From contig DASPSR010000013.1 of the NCBI GenBank assembly GCA_035623825.1, positions 1-42,406 on the forward strand: a stretch of 42,406 bases of DNA, given 5' to 3'. Positions 26,324-37,075 of this stretch are shown piece after piece (the stretch's first letter is position 1; each line of letters begins with the position of its first letter). The notes under the pieces were generated by a model that ran no database searches, had not been told where the DNA came from, and worked only from the letters and a program-made list of their open reading frames with translations. Source of the stretch: Nitrospirota bacterium (GTDB lineage Bacteria > Nitrospirota > UBA9217). Both the position numbers and the translations under genes were made by a program.

Positions 26324-26959
26324 ATGAAGGTTTCAAGGTCTTGCATTTTAGTTGTTGCTGCACTTTTAGTGGCTCCGTTCGGCCTCATGAGTTGTCTTAA
26401 AGGCGGCACCCTTACCGCGATAACGGTAACACCGACTAATTCCACAGTCGCGAAGGGGACAACGACGCCGTTTGTAGCTACAGCAGTATTTTCAGACGGA
26501 ACTACGCTAGTCTGGACTACGGCAGTGACATGGAATTCATCAGATCCCGCGATCGCACTCGTCAGCAATGTCACAGGCTCTCAAGGCTTTGTCACATCAG
26601 AGGAAGTAGGCGCAGCCACCATCACGGCAACGGATCTGTCGAATGGCTTCTCCGGATCCACAACGGTTACCGTTTCCAATGCCATAAACATGATCGTAAC
26701 ACCGTCCAATCCCGTTATTTCTCTGGCCACAACGACGCAACAGCAGTTCACTGCTATGGAAACGTTCGCAAACGGTACCGAGCTTGACCTGACGACGCTG
26801 GTCTTCTGGGAATCATCAGACCCCGCGGTCGCGCAGATCAGCAATTCAACAGGGTCGTACGGCCTAGCCACGCTCGTGAGCGCTGGGACAACCACTATTA
26901 CGGCAACAGATTTGATAACAAATATCACGGGAACAACGATATTGACCGTTACCCCTTAG
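26324..26959 (+). CDS. Lipoprotein with two bacterial Ig-like (Big_2) domains
   Basis: Lipobox LMSC; twice I.VTP.N...F.A...F.DG...W.SSDPA.A.(V/I)SN..GS.G......G..TITAT. Confidence 0.85.
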   Translation: MKVSRSCILVVAALLVAPFGLMSCLKGGTLTAITVTPTNSTVAKGTTTPFVATAVFSDGTTLVWTTAVTWNSSDPAIALVSNVTGSQGFVTSEEVGAATITATDLSNGFSGSTTVTVSNAINMIVTPSNPVISLATTTQQQFTAMETFANGTELDLTTLVFWESSDPAVAQISNSTGSYGLATLVSAGTTTITATDLITNITGTTILTVTP

Positions 26960-27172
26960 GTGAGATCGTGTGAAGGAACCGGATGTTTCAATCCGGGCAA
27001 CGGCATTACCCTTGAGCGGCGTTGTTCCGGACTTGGCAGGTATCTCAAGGAGAGAGAACATTCATCGCATGGAAGAATAGGACTCCTTAACCAGCGCAAT
27101 CATCGGCTTGAATCGAGGAGCAGAGATTGAATCGAAGTGGTTTGCCTGAAACGTTAAAAGGGCAACATAAAC

Positions 27173-27214
27173 AAAAAAATCCTGCCGCCTCCTCGATGGA
27201 GGGTACCGGCAGGA
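27173..27214 (-). terminator. Rho-independent terminator of clpC
   Basis: TCCTGCCG (27180-27187) / CGGCAGGA (27207-27214) with inner CCTCC/GGAGG pairing; A7 on plus strand gives the U-tail on minus. Confidence 0.75.
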
Positions 27215-27250
27215 CTGAAAATTCCCGAAAACATGTACCGTGATGACTCG

Positions 27251-29692
27251 CTAGACTTTGGCCAGAAGACTTGCTTCTGCCTCCTGAAAATCCACTGAGC
27301 CGTTCTTGAGGGTCACCAATACCTTATGCACGTCCTTGAACCTGCCCCGGAGAATGTCTTCTGACAGCGGATCGGCAAGATATTTCTGGACGGCACGGCG
27401 CATAGGCCTGGCACCGTACGTAGGCTGGTAGTTCTCGCGGATGAGCCACTCTTTCACTTCCTGGGCCACATCAAGTTGGACCGCCCTGTCCGCCATCAAC
27501 TGCGTATTGAGCTCGCCGACCAGTATGTCGATGATTTTTACCAGATGTTCCTGCGTAAGCGGATGGAAGACGACCACTTCGTCGATCCTGTTCAGGAACT
27601 CAGGGTTGAAAGACCGCTTCAGCTCAGCGGTGACATTGTCCTTCATCTTCTCGTATTGCGTCTTCGTGCTTTCTTGCTGGAACCCAAGTGTCGTGTCCTT
27701 GTCGATCATCCGGGCTCCAAGGTTGGACGTCATGATGATGACGGTGTTCCGGAAATCCACCCGTCTGCCGAAACTGTCGGTCATGAATCCGTCGTCAAGA
27801 ACCTGCAGGAGCATGTTGAAGATATCAGGGTGTGCCTTCTCGATCTCGTCGAAAAGCACGACGGAATACGGCCTGCGGCGTATCTTCTCGGTCAGCTGGC
27901 CTCCGTCGTCGTATCCAACGTACCCCGGAGGCGAACCCACTAATCTCGACGAACTGAACTTCTCCATGTACTCGGACATGTCCACGCGAATAAGCGCATC
28001 TTCGCTGTCGAAGAGGAACATGGCGAGGGAACGGGCAAGCTCAGTCTTGCCAACACCGGTTGGGCCGAGGAATATGAACGATCCGATAGGCTGTTTGCGG
28101 GTCTTGAGGCCGACGCGGGAACGGCGGATCGCGCGCGATACGGCATCGATGGCGACATCCTGGCCGACAATCCTCTTGTGCAGCTCTTCTTCCATTCTGA
28201 GGAGTCGTGATGTCTCTTTCTCCTCGAGCCGAGCGAGCGGTATGCCCGTGATGTGCGAAACGATGACTGCTACATCCTCTTCATCTACCACGGGGATGTT
28301 CTTTTCCTGCGTGTCCTTCCAGTCCTTATGGATACCATCGAGCGTTTCACGCAGGCGGTCTTCCTCTTCATGGATGGACTCCACCCGTACATAGTCCTTG
28401 ATCCGGGAAAAGAGGTTCTTCTCCTGTTCAAGTTTTTTGAGCTTCTTCTCGATGGTCTTCATCTCCGGCGGGTAGGTATAGCGGTTGAGCTTTGCCTTGG
28501 CTCCGGCCTCGTCGATAACATCGATTGCCTTATCGGGCAGGAAGCGGTCCGTGATGTACCGGTCTGAAAGCCGCGAAGCCGCCACAATGGCCTCGTCGGT
28601 AATCCTGATCTTATGGTGCGACTCGTACTTAGAACGAAGGCCTTTGATAATGCTGATGGTCTCATCCAGGTTGGGGGGCTGGACGTAGATCGGCTGGAAC
28701 CTCCTCTTGAGAGCGCCGTCCTTCTCGATATGCTTTCTGAATTCGTCAAGCGTGGTGGCGCCGATGCACTGGATTTCGCCCCGCGCCAACGCCGGCTTCA
28801 GCATGCTCGATGCATCGATGGAGCCCTCGGCGGCTCCGGCTCCCACAAGGGTATGCAGTTCATCAATGAACAGGATGACATTGTCAGCCTGGATGATTTC
28901 CTTCATCACGATCTTGAGGCGCTCCTCGAACTGACCGCGATACTTGGTCCCTGCGATAAGAGCACCCAGGTCGAGCGATACCACGCGCCGATTCAGGATG
29001 TTCTCCGGCACATCGGTGTTTATGATCCTCTGCGCAAGACCTTCCACGATAGCCGTCTTGCCGATGCCGGGTTCGCCAATGATAACAGGATTGTTCTTGG
29101 TCCTTCTCGACAGGATCTGCAATACCCTGTCTATTTCGTGGTCACGGCCGATGACAGGATCCAGTTTGCCGCTCTTTGCGAGGAGAGTGAGGTCTCTGCT
29201 GAACTCATCCAGAGCCGGCGTAGGGCTCTTCTTGGCGCTTACCTGAGTGGCTGCTCGGCGCAGGTAGTTGATGACGAGCTGCCGGGACCCGAGCAAGTTC
29301 ACGCCGAAGCTCCGAAGGATCTTGCCGCCAATCCCTTCCTCCTCTCGGATAAGCCCGAGCAGCAGGTGCTCGCTTCCGATATAGTTGTGGCCAAGAAGCC
29401 GTGCTTCTTCAACAGCGTATTCAAGGACTTTCTTGGCACGAGGGGTGAAGGGGATGTCGCCGAAGGTGAGGGTGTTCCCGCTCGACGGGAGGTTGCGTTC
29501 GACTTCCATGCGGATCTGATCGACATCGATTCCCATCTTGCGGAGGACGGAAACCGGAATGCCGTCTTCTTCGCGAAGCGTTCCTAGCAGGATATGTTCA
29601 GTGCCAAGGTAATCATTCTGGAGCCGCTCCGCCTCTTCACGGGCGTAGACAATGACTTTTCTTCCTCTTTCTGTGAATTTTTCGAACATCAT
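27251..29692 (-). CDS. clpC: ATP-dependent Clp protease ATP-binding subunit, ClpC type
   Basis: Double Clp-N repeats, GEPGIGKT and GPTGVGKT Walker A motifs, short middle coiled coil, LGF ClpP-docking tripeptide. Confidence 0.93.
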   Translation of the reverse strand: MMFEKFTERGRKVIVYAREEAERLQNDYLGTEHILLGTLREEDGIPVSVLRKMGIDVDQIRMEVERNLPSSGNTLTFGDIPFTPRAKKVLEYAVEEARLLGHNYIGSEHLLLGLIREEEGIGGKILRSFGVNLLGSRQLVINYLRRAATQVSAKKSPTPALDEFSRDLTLLAKSGKLDPVIGRDHEIDRVLQILSRRTKNNPVIIGEPGIGKTAIVEGLAQRIINTDVPENILNRRVVSLDLGALIAGTKYRGQFEERLKIVMKEIIQADNVILFIDELHTLVGAGAAEGSIDASSMLKPALARGEIQCIGATTLDEFRKHIEKDGALKRRFQPIYVQPPNLDETISIIKGLRSKYESHHKIRITDEAIVAASRLSDRYITDRFLPDKAIDVIDEAGAKAKLNRYTYPPEMKTIEKKLKKLEQEKNLFSRIKDYVRVESIHEEEDRLRETLDGIHKDWKDTQEKNIPVVDEEDVAVIVSHITGIPLARLEEKETSRLLRMEEELHKRIVGQDVAIDAVSRAIRRSRVGLKTRKQPIGSFIFLGPTGVGKTELARSLAMFLFDSEDALIRVDMSEYMEKFSSSRLVGSPPGYVGYDDGGQLTEKIRRRPYSVVLFDEIEKAHPDIFNMLLQVLDDGFMTDSFGRRVDFRNTVIIMTSNLGARMIDKDTTLGFQQESTKTQYEKMKDNVTAELKRSFNPEFLNRIDEVVVFHPLTQEHLVKIIDILVGELNTQLMADRAVQLDVAQEVKEWLIRENYQPTYGARPMRRAVQKYLADPLSEDILRGRFKDVHKVLVTLKNGSVDFQEAEASLLAKV

Positions 29693-29982
29693 GCCGGTAA
29701 CCGCCTTAAAGATTCATTAAGATTCAATCACCTTGTTTAGAATATACTCCAATCTGGCTTGTAAAGTCAAGAGTCCTTTTCGTTTATCCGGCTGAGAAGG
29801 ATCGTTTTTGCCGCTCTATGGCGAAACGCATGGACACCTGTTGCCGGCATGGTGTTCTGCAAAGCGATCGCCCGTTTGCTACACCCATCGCCCTGCATGA
29901 AAACAGGGAGGAGCTCGCTTCCATCTTGCGGATAGCTCTTTTTTGTTGACTTTACCGGTTTAACAGAGTAGTTTTTTCACGG

Positions 29983-30441
29983 ATGATACGGAAAGCGAAA
30001 ATATCTGATGTCAGGGTGATACAGTCCCTTGTGAACCACTATGCAGACTCCGGACAGATGCTGCCACGCACGCTCAACGAGCTTTATGAGCAGTTGCGTG
30101 ATTTCCACGTGCTCGAGGAGAACGGCTCGATTATCGGCGTTTGCTCGCTCCATGTGAGCTGGGACGGAATTGCCGAGATACGCTCTCTTGCGGTACGGCA
30201 GGACAGGACGAAGCTGGGCATCGGTTCCGAACTGGTGAAACACTGCCTTTCGGAAGCATCAGAGCTTGAAGTCGAACGGGTGTTCGTTCTCACCTATCAG
30301 GACAGGTTTTTCAGAAAGCTGGGCTTTACCGACCTCGACAAGAAGGAACTCCCCCACAAAATATGGACCGATTGCCTTAACTGCGTCAAGTTCCCCAACT
30401 GCGATGAATCTGCGCTTATTATCACGATTCCGAAATCATAA
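29983..30441 (+). CDS. GNAT N-acetyltransferase (short ArgA-like N-acetylglutamate synthase family)
   Basis: MLPR, AEIRSLAV, GIG..LV, VFVLTY, LPHKIW.DC..C.KFP.CDE. Confidence 0.85.
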   Translation: MIRKAKISDVRVIQSLVNHYADSGQMLPRTLNELYEQLRDFHVLEENGSIIGVCSLHVSWDGIAEIRSLAVRQDRTKLGIGSELVKHCLSEASELEVERVFVLTYQDRFFRKLGFTDLDKKELPHKIWTDCLNCVKFPNCDESALIITIPKS

Positions 30442-30531
30442 ATATCCGCTTCCTTGCCTTTAGTGGCACAAGGGTTGCATTTAACCCCACACTATCGGCA
30501 TGTTCATCATATTTACGACCTATAAATCAAT

Positions 30532-31662
30532 ATGATATCTCTCTACATACATGTTCCTTTCTGTGTGAGAAAATGCCACTACTGTGGCTTTTATTCCACA
30601 CACTACACACAAGAGGCCTTTGATGCTTATATCCTTGCCTTGCGTAAAGAGGCAAAAGTCCGTCAGGGCGCATTCAGCGGCAGTGTGTTCGATAGTTTGT
30701 ACATCGGCGGAGGCACGCCAACTGTTCTATCGCCGGAACAATTAGGAGAACTTCTCGGCATAGTTAGAGAACACTTTCAGGTCGCCCCGGGCGCCGAAAT
30801 GACAATTGAGGCAAATCCAGGAACCGTTTCAGAGGATAAGCTCGAACTATTGCATGCGAGTGGTTTGAACCGGTTGAGCTTGGGAGTTCAGTCTTTTTCA
30901 GACCATGTTTTGAGAACTCTTGGAAGGCTTCACAGCGCCGTCGAGGCATATAAGGCAGTTATGCTTTCGAGAAAAGCCGGATTTGCCAATATCAGCGTGG
31001 ATCTGATTTATGGTATCCCGGGACAGTCCATGGCAGAGTGGAATGAGACGTTGACCGAGGCGATTTCGCTCGCACCAAAACATGTTTCTGCATACAGCCT
31101 GTCATTGGACGAGGGTTCCCGTTTTATCGCCGAGGCGGAGGCTGGCAGGTTCGCACTTCCCGATGATGAGCTCGTCGCTGAAATGTATGAAATCGCCGTG
31201 AGCAGGCTGAGAGGAGCAGGTTACGAGCGATACGAGATATCTAACTTCGCTTTTCCCGGATTTGCCTGCCTCCACAACAGTAACTATTGGGAACGGGGAG
31301 AGTACCTGGGGCTTGGTCCAGGTGCATGGTCGTTCGTCGGAAACGCACGATATCGCACTATCGCTGATGTCCGTGAATACGCAAGACTTCTGAAGGCCGG
31401 ATACTCAGTGATCGCAGAGGAAGAGATCATCGATTCTCGCCGGGCAGCCAACGAGACGGTCATGCTGGGCCTTCGAACCTCATGTGGCGTGGATATGTTT
31501 AGTTATGGGCAGAGGTACGGAGCCGAGGCGCTGGAACAGCTATCGCGAAAAGCCGGACCGCTCATAGATGCCAGTCTTCTTATACATGCGAACGGGCGTC
31601 TCATGCTCGCGGAGAGGGGATTTCTGGTCGCAAACGAGGCTCTGGCGAGGCTCGCCGTATAA
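30532..31662 (+). CDS. hemW: Radical SAM family heme chaperone HemW
   Basis: YIHVPFCVRKCHYC (CxxxCxxC), GGGTP, EANP, YEISNF, HNSNYW. Confidence 0.92.
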   Translation: MISLYIHVPFCVRKCHYCGFYSTHYTQEAFDAYILALRKEAKVRQGAFSGSVFDSLYIGGGTPTVLSPEQLGELLGIVREHFQVAPGAEMTIEANPGTVSEDKLELLHASGLNRLSLGVQSFSDHVLRTLGRLHSAVEAYKAVMLSRKAGFANISVDLIYGIPGQSMAEWNETLTEAISLAPKHVSAYSLSLDEGSRFIAEAEAGRFALPDDELVAEMYEIAVSRLRGAGYERYEISNFAFPGFACLHNSNYWERGEYLGLGPGAWSFVGNARYRTIADVREYARLLKAGYSVIAEEEIIDSRRAANETVMLGLRTSCGVDMFSYGQRYGAEALEQLSRKAGPLIDASLLIHANGRLMLAERGFLVANEALARLAV

Positions 31663-31669
31663 ATTTTTG

Positions 31670-31698
31670 TTTACACTATCAGGTGTTAATGCTATAGT
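31670..31698 (+). promoter_or_regulatory. Putative sigma70 promoter of the bamA-lpx operon
   Basis: TTTACA-N17-TATAGT with TG extension. Confidence 0.55.
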
Positions 31699-31738
31699 AA
31701 TCCGTTCTTAATCGGGAATATCGGAGGTTGTCACTAGA

Positions 31739-34117
31739 GTGTTCAAACACCTGGTCGTCTGCAGCGCATGCGCACTCATGCTGATATACATGCAGGCCTT
31801 CGTCGGAGCGGCAGAACCACCAAAAGCGCAAGAGGGACCCATTGTGACGCTCATCGAGGTGCAAGGCAATCGGAGAATCGAGACGGCGACAATTCTCGCC
31901 AAGATAAAAACAAAAGAAGGAACTGTTTTTTCCCCTTCTGTAATCAAAGATGATATCAAGGTCTTGTACCAGCTCGGCCACTTCGAGGACGTTCAGGTCA
32001 AGACGGAAGGTTTTGAGAACGGACTAAAGGTAATATTCCTGGTTAAAGAAAAACCGCTCATCCGCGAGATATCGTTCGAAGGGAATGATGCGATTACGAC
32101 GGAAAAAATAAAAGAAGGCCTCACCCTGCTCCCAAGGACCGCTTTCAACTTGCAGATAATCCAGGAGAACGCAGAAAAAATACGGCTTAAATACCAGGAT
32201 GAGGGCTACTACGACGCCATCGTTGTGCCGGTGATAACCGAACTGCGGGGTGGTGACAGGAACGTCCTCTTTCATATCGAAGAAGGGGAAAAGGTGAAGT
32301 TAACGGACATCATCATCACCGGGAACAAGGCCTTGACCGCAGATGAGATCAAGAAACCTCTCAAGACCCAAGAGCACTGGTTTTTCTCTTTTCTGGGGCG
32401 CAGCGGCACCCTGAGGACCGAAGAACTGAGGGAAGATATTGAGACGATCAAAAACCTTTATTACAACAAGGGCTACATCCAGGTGCAGGTGGATGAACCG
32501 ATCATCGAACCGAAAACATATACGAAGCGCGTCAGTTTCTTTTCCAGCAAGAAAGTGACGATAACAGATAAGAGCGAACTAGTGGTGCGCATCAATATCA
32601 GGGAGGGCGACCAGTACCGGGTTGGCTCCCTCAAATTCAAGGGGAACACGACGATTTCCAACAGCGCGCTGGATAAGGAGATCAAGCTAAGGCCGGGAGA
32701 TGTCTTCAGCAGGGAAGTCCTCAAGCAGGATGTGGGGAGGATTATAGACCTCTACGACGGGATCGCGAAACCATTTGCGAACGTTGTCCCGCTGTTCGAT
32801 ATCCATCCCGAGACGAAGACGGTCGACATAAACATCGATATACAGGAAGGCGGCGAGGTCCGGATAGGCAGGATCAATATCTCAGGAAACAGCAAGACCC
32901 GGGATAAGGTGATAAGGCGGGAGATGCGGCTGAGCGAGGGTGATCTCTACAGCAAGAAGGCGCTTAAGAGGAGCTACGACAGGATCAACAATCTCAACTT
33001 CTTTGAGTCCGTGGATATCGTGCCCGAGAGGAGGCCACAGGAGCCGGTGATGGACCTGGACGTCAAGGTCAAGGAAAAAATGACGGGAACGTTGAGCGTG
33101 GGAGGCGGTTACAGCTCCGTGGACAGGCTCGTGGGCATCGTCGAGGTAACACAGGGCAACCTAGGCGGCCGCGGCCAGGTCCTCAAACTCAAGACGCAGT
33201 GGGGCGGCAGACACAAGCTCTTGATGGCCAGCTTCATGGAACCATATCTCTTTGACGAGCCGATCTGGGGAAGATGGGACGTTTATCGACAATCGCAGAC
33301 ATATGATGGTTATACCATTACCTCAGACGGTGCAGCATTCGCCGTGGGTAAAAGCTTTGACGAATTTCTCTCGGGATCGATCCGATACGGCCTCGACCAG
33401 TCGCAAACCACCAGCATCACCGTGAACCCCATCCCGTACGTGCTTTTGCAACAGCTCCGCTTTTATGGAACAGCCCTTACGACGAGTTCTCTCACGGCGA
33501 CCCTTACCAGAGACTCGAGGGACTTCTACCTTGACCCCAAAATGGGCTCGAGAAACACCGCGTTTGTGCAATACGCAGGCGGGCCGCTCGGAGGCGACCC
33601 CGAGTTCATTAAATCCGTCGCCGATTCCGCCTGGTACTTCCCGGTGGTCTGGGACACGGTATTCATGGCCCGGGGGAGGATCGGATACGTCGAAACTCTC
33701 AGCGAAAAACCGATACCCGTTAGCGATCGGTTTTTCGTCGGCGGTGCGGGCACGGTCCGAGGCTTCCGGTACGGCACAGCAGGGCCCGTCGACAGCGCAG
33801 GAAATCGCGTCGGTGGGAACAAAGAGCTTATCTTTAATTTTGAATACAACTTCCCCGTTGTGCCCGCTGCGCGTCTCAAGGGATTTTTCTTTTTCGACGC
33901 GGGTCGAGGCTTCGATGATAACGCTCTCGCGCATGATCCCCATTTCGGCGATGACCCGACGTCAATCAGTCTGCGCGAACTGAGACTTTCATGGGGATTC
34001 GGGTTCTCGTGGCTTTCGCCGATAGGGCCGCTTCGATTCGAATGGGGATACATCATCCATAAACTGCCCACGGACCAGCCGAGCGTGTTCGATTTCAATA
34101 TCGGTACTGTCTTTTAA
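31739..34117 (+). CDS. bamA: Outer membrane protein assembly factor BamA
   Basis: POTRA repeats (GN..., TRDKVIRRE), VRGF motif, SPIGPLRF, C-terminal FNIGTVF beta-signal. Confidence 0.96.
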   Translation: MFKHLVVCSACALMLIYMQAFVGAAEPPKAQEGPIVTLIEVQGNRRIETATILAKIKTKEGTVFSPSVIKDDIKVLYQLGHFEDVQVKTEGFENGLKVIFLVKEKPLIREISFEGNDAITTEKIKEGLTLLPRTAFNLQIIQENAEKIRLKYQDEGYYDAIVVPVITELRGGDRNVLFHIEEGEKVKLTDIIITGNKALTADEIKKPLKTQEHWFFSFLGRSGTLRTEELREDIETIKNLYYNKGYIQVQVDEPIIEPKTYTKRVSFFSSKKVTITDKSELVVRINIREGDQYRVGSLKFKGNTTISNSALDKEIKLRPGDVFSREVLKQDVGRIIDLYDGIAKPFANVVPLFDIHPETKTVDINIDIQEGGEVRIGRINISGNSKTRDKVIRREMRLSEGDLYSKKALKRSYDRINNLNFFESVDIVPERRPQEPVMDLDVKVKEKMTGTLSVGGGYSSVDRLVGIVEVTQGNLGGRGQVLKLKTQWGGRHKLLMASFMEPYLFDEPIWGRWDVYRQSQTYDGYTITSDGAAFAVGKSFDEFLSGSIRYGLDQSQTTSITVNPIPYVLLQQLRFYGTALTTSSLTATLTRDSRDFYLDPKMGSRNTAFVQYAGGPLGGDPEFIKSVADSAWYFPVVWDTVFMARGRIGYVETLSEKPIPVSDRFFVGGAGTVRGFRYGTAGPVDSAGNRVGGNKELIFNFEYNFPVVPAARLKGFFFFDAGRGFDDNALAHDPHFGDDPTSISLRELRLSWGFGFSWLSPIGPLRFEWGYIIHKLPTDQPSVFDFNIGTVF

Positions 34118-34172
34118 CGGCAACGGATCCAGGAATTATTGCAATATTGGGAAAATCAATGAGGAGGCGGTC

Positions 34173-34724
34173 ATGAAAAAAATTGTGGTGATGGTTACGG
34201 CAATGTGTTTTATCGCGATCGGCGCGATGGCAGCGGGCGGAAAAATCGCCTATGTCGATTCACAGACGGTTTTTGACAAGACAAAGCTCGGCAAAAAATA
34301 CCAGGGCATCGTCCGTGAATATTACGAGAGCCGCAAAAAGATCCTGGACATAGATGCGGAGGAAATCCAGAAGCTCCAGGAGGAATATACGAAGCAGAAG
34401 CAGGCCAAACTGCTGAGCGAAAAAGCGCAGAAGGAGAAAGAGGACTCGATTAGCCGCAAGATCAGTGATTTTCAGAAAAAACGGGACGAGTTCACCGGCG
34501 AGATCAACAAGAAGAACGAGGAGTTGTCGAATGAGTTCAACCAGCAGATGGTAGCAGTAATCAAGGATATAGCAAAAAAGGATAAAGTCTCCTTGGTGCT
34601 GAACAGGATCATCAATGTCCTCTCGAAGGCTGAAGTCCCGTCCGTCCTCTACGGCGATGAAGACCTTGACCTTACAGAGCAGGTCGTTACCGAGCTGGAT
34701 AAGAAGGAAGATGTCAAAAAGTAG
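34173..34724 (+). CDS. skp: Periplasmic chaperone Skp/OmpH
   Basis: Signal peptide, KIAYVD, long coiled coil, DLT..V; position between bamA and lpxD. Confidence 0.9.
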   Translation: MKKIVVMVTAMCFIAIGAMAAGGKIAYVDSQTVFDKTKLGKKYQGIVREYYESRKKILDIDAEEIQKLQEEYTKQKQAKLLSEKAQKEKEDSISRKISDFQKKRDEFTGEINKKNEELSNEFNQQMVAVIKDIAKKDKVSLVLNRIINVLSKAEVPSVLYGDEDLDLTEQVVTELDKKEDVKK

Positions 34725-34756
34725 GCGGAGGATGCTGCTGCCGGAAGGATGAAATC

Positions 34757-35785
34757 ATGAAACTGAAAAAGCTTGCGGACATACTTGGCGCGGAGCTGTC
34801 CGGCTCCGGAGACGCCGACATCACCGGTGTTGCAGGCGTGCTCGAAGCGGCCGCAGGCCAGATCACCTTTATAGCCGGCAAGAATTACCTGAAGGAACTC
34901 GGGCAGTCGCGGGCTTCTGCAGCCCTTGTGCCGCCGGACATTCCCGACATGCATCTTCCGCTGCTTCGCGTGAGAAATCCGCGATTGGCGTTTGCACGGG
35001 CTATCGAGCTGTTCCATGCCGTGCCGTACAGTCCTCTGGGCATCAGCGATAAAGCGATAGTAGGGCGTAACGCCGTCATCGGCAGCGAGCCCTCCATCCA
35101 TCCCTTCGCAGTGATCGATGAAGAAGCAAGAATCGGCGACCGGGTGACCCTCTATCCGGGCGTTCACGTCGGCAGGGGATCGGTCATCGGCGATGATTCC
35201 ATCGTCTATTCGAATGTAAGCATCAGGGAAGGCATCCGGATCGGGAAACGCGCCGTCATCCATGCAGGAACGGTCATCGGCAGCGACGGCTTCGGCTTCG
35301 TGACCGATGGGGGAAAGCACCATAAGATACCGCAGGTAGGCGGCGTGGTGATTGAAGACGATGTCGAGATCGGCGCAAACAGCGCCATCGATCGTGCCAC
35401 ACTCGGGAACACCATGATCAAGAAGGGCACCAAGATAGACAATCTTGTGCAGATCGCCCACAATGTCACCATCGGCGAGCACTGCTTGATAGCAGGACAG
35501 ACGGCGATCGCCGGAAGCTGTACAATTGGAGACCATGTGATACTGGCCGGTGGGGTAGGATTAGCAGATCATATATCCATTGGTAACGGCGCAATCGTCG
35601 CAGGGCGCTCGGGCATCATCAAGGACATCCCGGCCGGACAGGTGGTCGGAGGATATTATACCATGCCAATTCGTGATTGGCTCAAAGTGCAGGCAGTGCT
35701 TCCAAAATTGCCGGACCTCAGCAAGCAGGTAAACGATCTCAAGAAAGAGATTCAGGAGTTGAAGAAAAAAATATCAAGTGCATAA
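34757..35785 (+). CDS. lpxD: UDP-3-O-acyl-glucosamine N-acyltransferase
   Basis: IGSDGFGF, KIPQVG.V.IEDDVEIGAN, KIDNLVQIAHNV; hexapeptide repeats. Confidence 0.96.
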   Translation: MKLKKLADILGAELSGSGDADITGVAGVLEAAAGQITFIAGKNYLKELGQSRASAALVPPDIPDMHLPLLRVRNPRLAFARAIELFHAVPYSPLGISDKAIVGRNAVIGSEPSIHPFAVIDEEARIGDRVTLYPGVHVGRGSVIGDDSIVYSNVSIREGIRIGKRAVIHAGTVIGSDGFGFVTDGGKHHKIPQVGGVVIEDDVEIGANSAIDRATLGNTMIKKGTKIDNLVQIAHNVTIGEHCLIAGQTAIAGSCTIGDHVILAGGVGLADHISIGNGAIVAGRSGIIKDIPAGQVVGGYYTMPIRDWLKVQAVLPKLPDLSKQVNDLKKEIQELKKKISSA

Positions 35786-35799
35786 AGGGGGATAACCTA

Positions 35800-36243
35800 A
35801 TGTTTGGCATTCAAGAGATCCTTGATACCCTTCCTCACCGGTATCCATTTCTGTTGGTCGACAGGATTCTAGAGATGGAAGCGGGCAAGCGGATCGTGGG
35901 GATCAAAAATGTGTCGATAAACGAGAACTTTTTCCAGGGACACTTTCCCGGCCATCCTATCATGCCGGGGGTTCTGCTGTTGGAGGCCATGGCGCAGACA
36001 GGCGGTGTCCTGGCGATGCGTTCGTATGAAGCAGAAGGCATTGATATAAAAAACAAAATCATCTACTTCATGACCATTGATAAGGCAAAATTCCGGAAGC
36101 CTGTTCTGCCGGGCGATCAGGTCCGTTTCGAGCTGGACATGATTAAAACGCGTGCGAATATAAGAGGTTTCAAAGCTGTAGCCCGCGTGGACGGCGCAGT
36201 CGTGGCTGAGGCCGAATTAATGGCGATGATTGTGGACAAGTGA
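35800..36243 (+). CDS. fabZ: 3-hydroxyacyl-ACP dehydratase
   Basis: LPHRYPFLLVDR, FQGHFPGHPIMPGVL..EAMAQ; ATG 35800. Confidence 0.97.
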   Translation: MFGIQEILDTLPHRYPFLLVDRILEMEAGKRIVGIKNVSINENFFQGHFPGHPIMPGVLLLEAMAQTGGVLAMRSYEAEGIDIKNKIIYFMTIDKAKFRKPVLPGDQVRFELDMIKTRANIRGFKAVARVDGAVVAEAELMAMIVDK

Positions 36244-36266
36244 TTCTTTTGACACGGGAGACTTAA

Positions 36267-37040
36267 GTGAATATTCATCCTACGGCAATAGTACACCCGG
36301 CGGCACGGATAGCTGATAGCGCGATAATCGGACCGTATTCGATCATCGGTGAACATGTGTCTATCGGCAGAGGTACGAAAGTCGAATCCCATGTGCTGAT
36401 AGACGGATGGACGACGATAGGTGAACGGAACCACATTCATTCCTTTTCAAGCATCGGTACGCCGCCGCAGGACATCAGTTATAAGAATGAAGAAACCTAT
36501 CTGATAATCGGCAACGAAAATGTCATCAGGGAGTACGCAACGGTCCACCGGGCGACCACAAAAGAGGACCGAAAGACAGAGATCGGAAACAAGAATTTTC
36601 TCATGGCCTATTCCCACGTGGCACATGACTGCAAGCTCGGCAATAGCATCATCATGGCCAACTCCGTGGCGCTTGGCGGGCATATCGTCATCGGTGACCA
36701 TGCTATCCTGGGCGGCATTGTAGCGGTGCACCAGTTCGTGAAAATCGGGGAGTATGCAATCATCGGCGGACTGTCTGGAGTGGGTCAGGATATCCCGCCC
36801 TATGTCATGGCTCAAGGAAGCAAGGCGAAGCTCTACGGACTGAACCTCGTGGGCCTGAAGCGGAAAGGGTTCAGCGATGCTGTCATAGCGAACCTCAAAA
36901 AGGCCTATAAGATCATCTTCCGTTCGGGGCTCACGGTGGACGAGGCACTGCGAAAAACACTTGATGACCTTCCCGATTCGGCCGAAGTACGCTTGCTTGC
37001 TGACTTCATCCGCACTTCAAAGCGCGGGATAACACGCTGA
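36267..37040 (+). CDS. lpxA: Acyl-ACP--UDP-N-acetylglucosamine O-acyltransferase
   Basis: IHPTAIV, PQD, IRE..T.HR.T, HVAHDC, VHQF, GLN.VGLKR. Confidence 0.96.
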   Translation: MNIHPTAIVHPAARIADSAIIGPYSIIGEHVSIGRGTKVESHVLIDGWTTIGERNHIHSFSSIGTPPQDISYKNEETYLIIGNENVIREYATVHRATTKEDRKTEIGNKNFLMAYSHVAHDCKLGNSIIMANSVALGGHIVIGDHAILGGIVAVHQFVKIGEYAIIGGLSGVGQDIPPYVMAQGSKAKLYGLNLVGLKRKGFSDAVIANLKKAYKIIFRSGLTVDEALRKTLDDLPDSAEVRLLADFIRTSKRGITR

Positions 37041-37075
37041 AAGACCGGAGATCAACGGCCTGTACGACGGAAACG

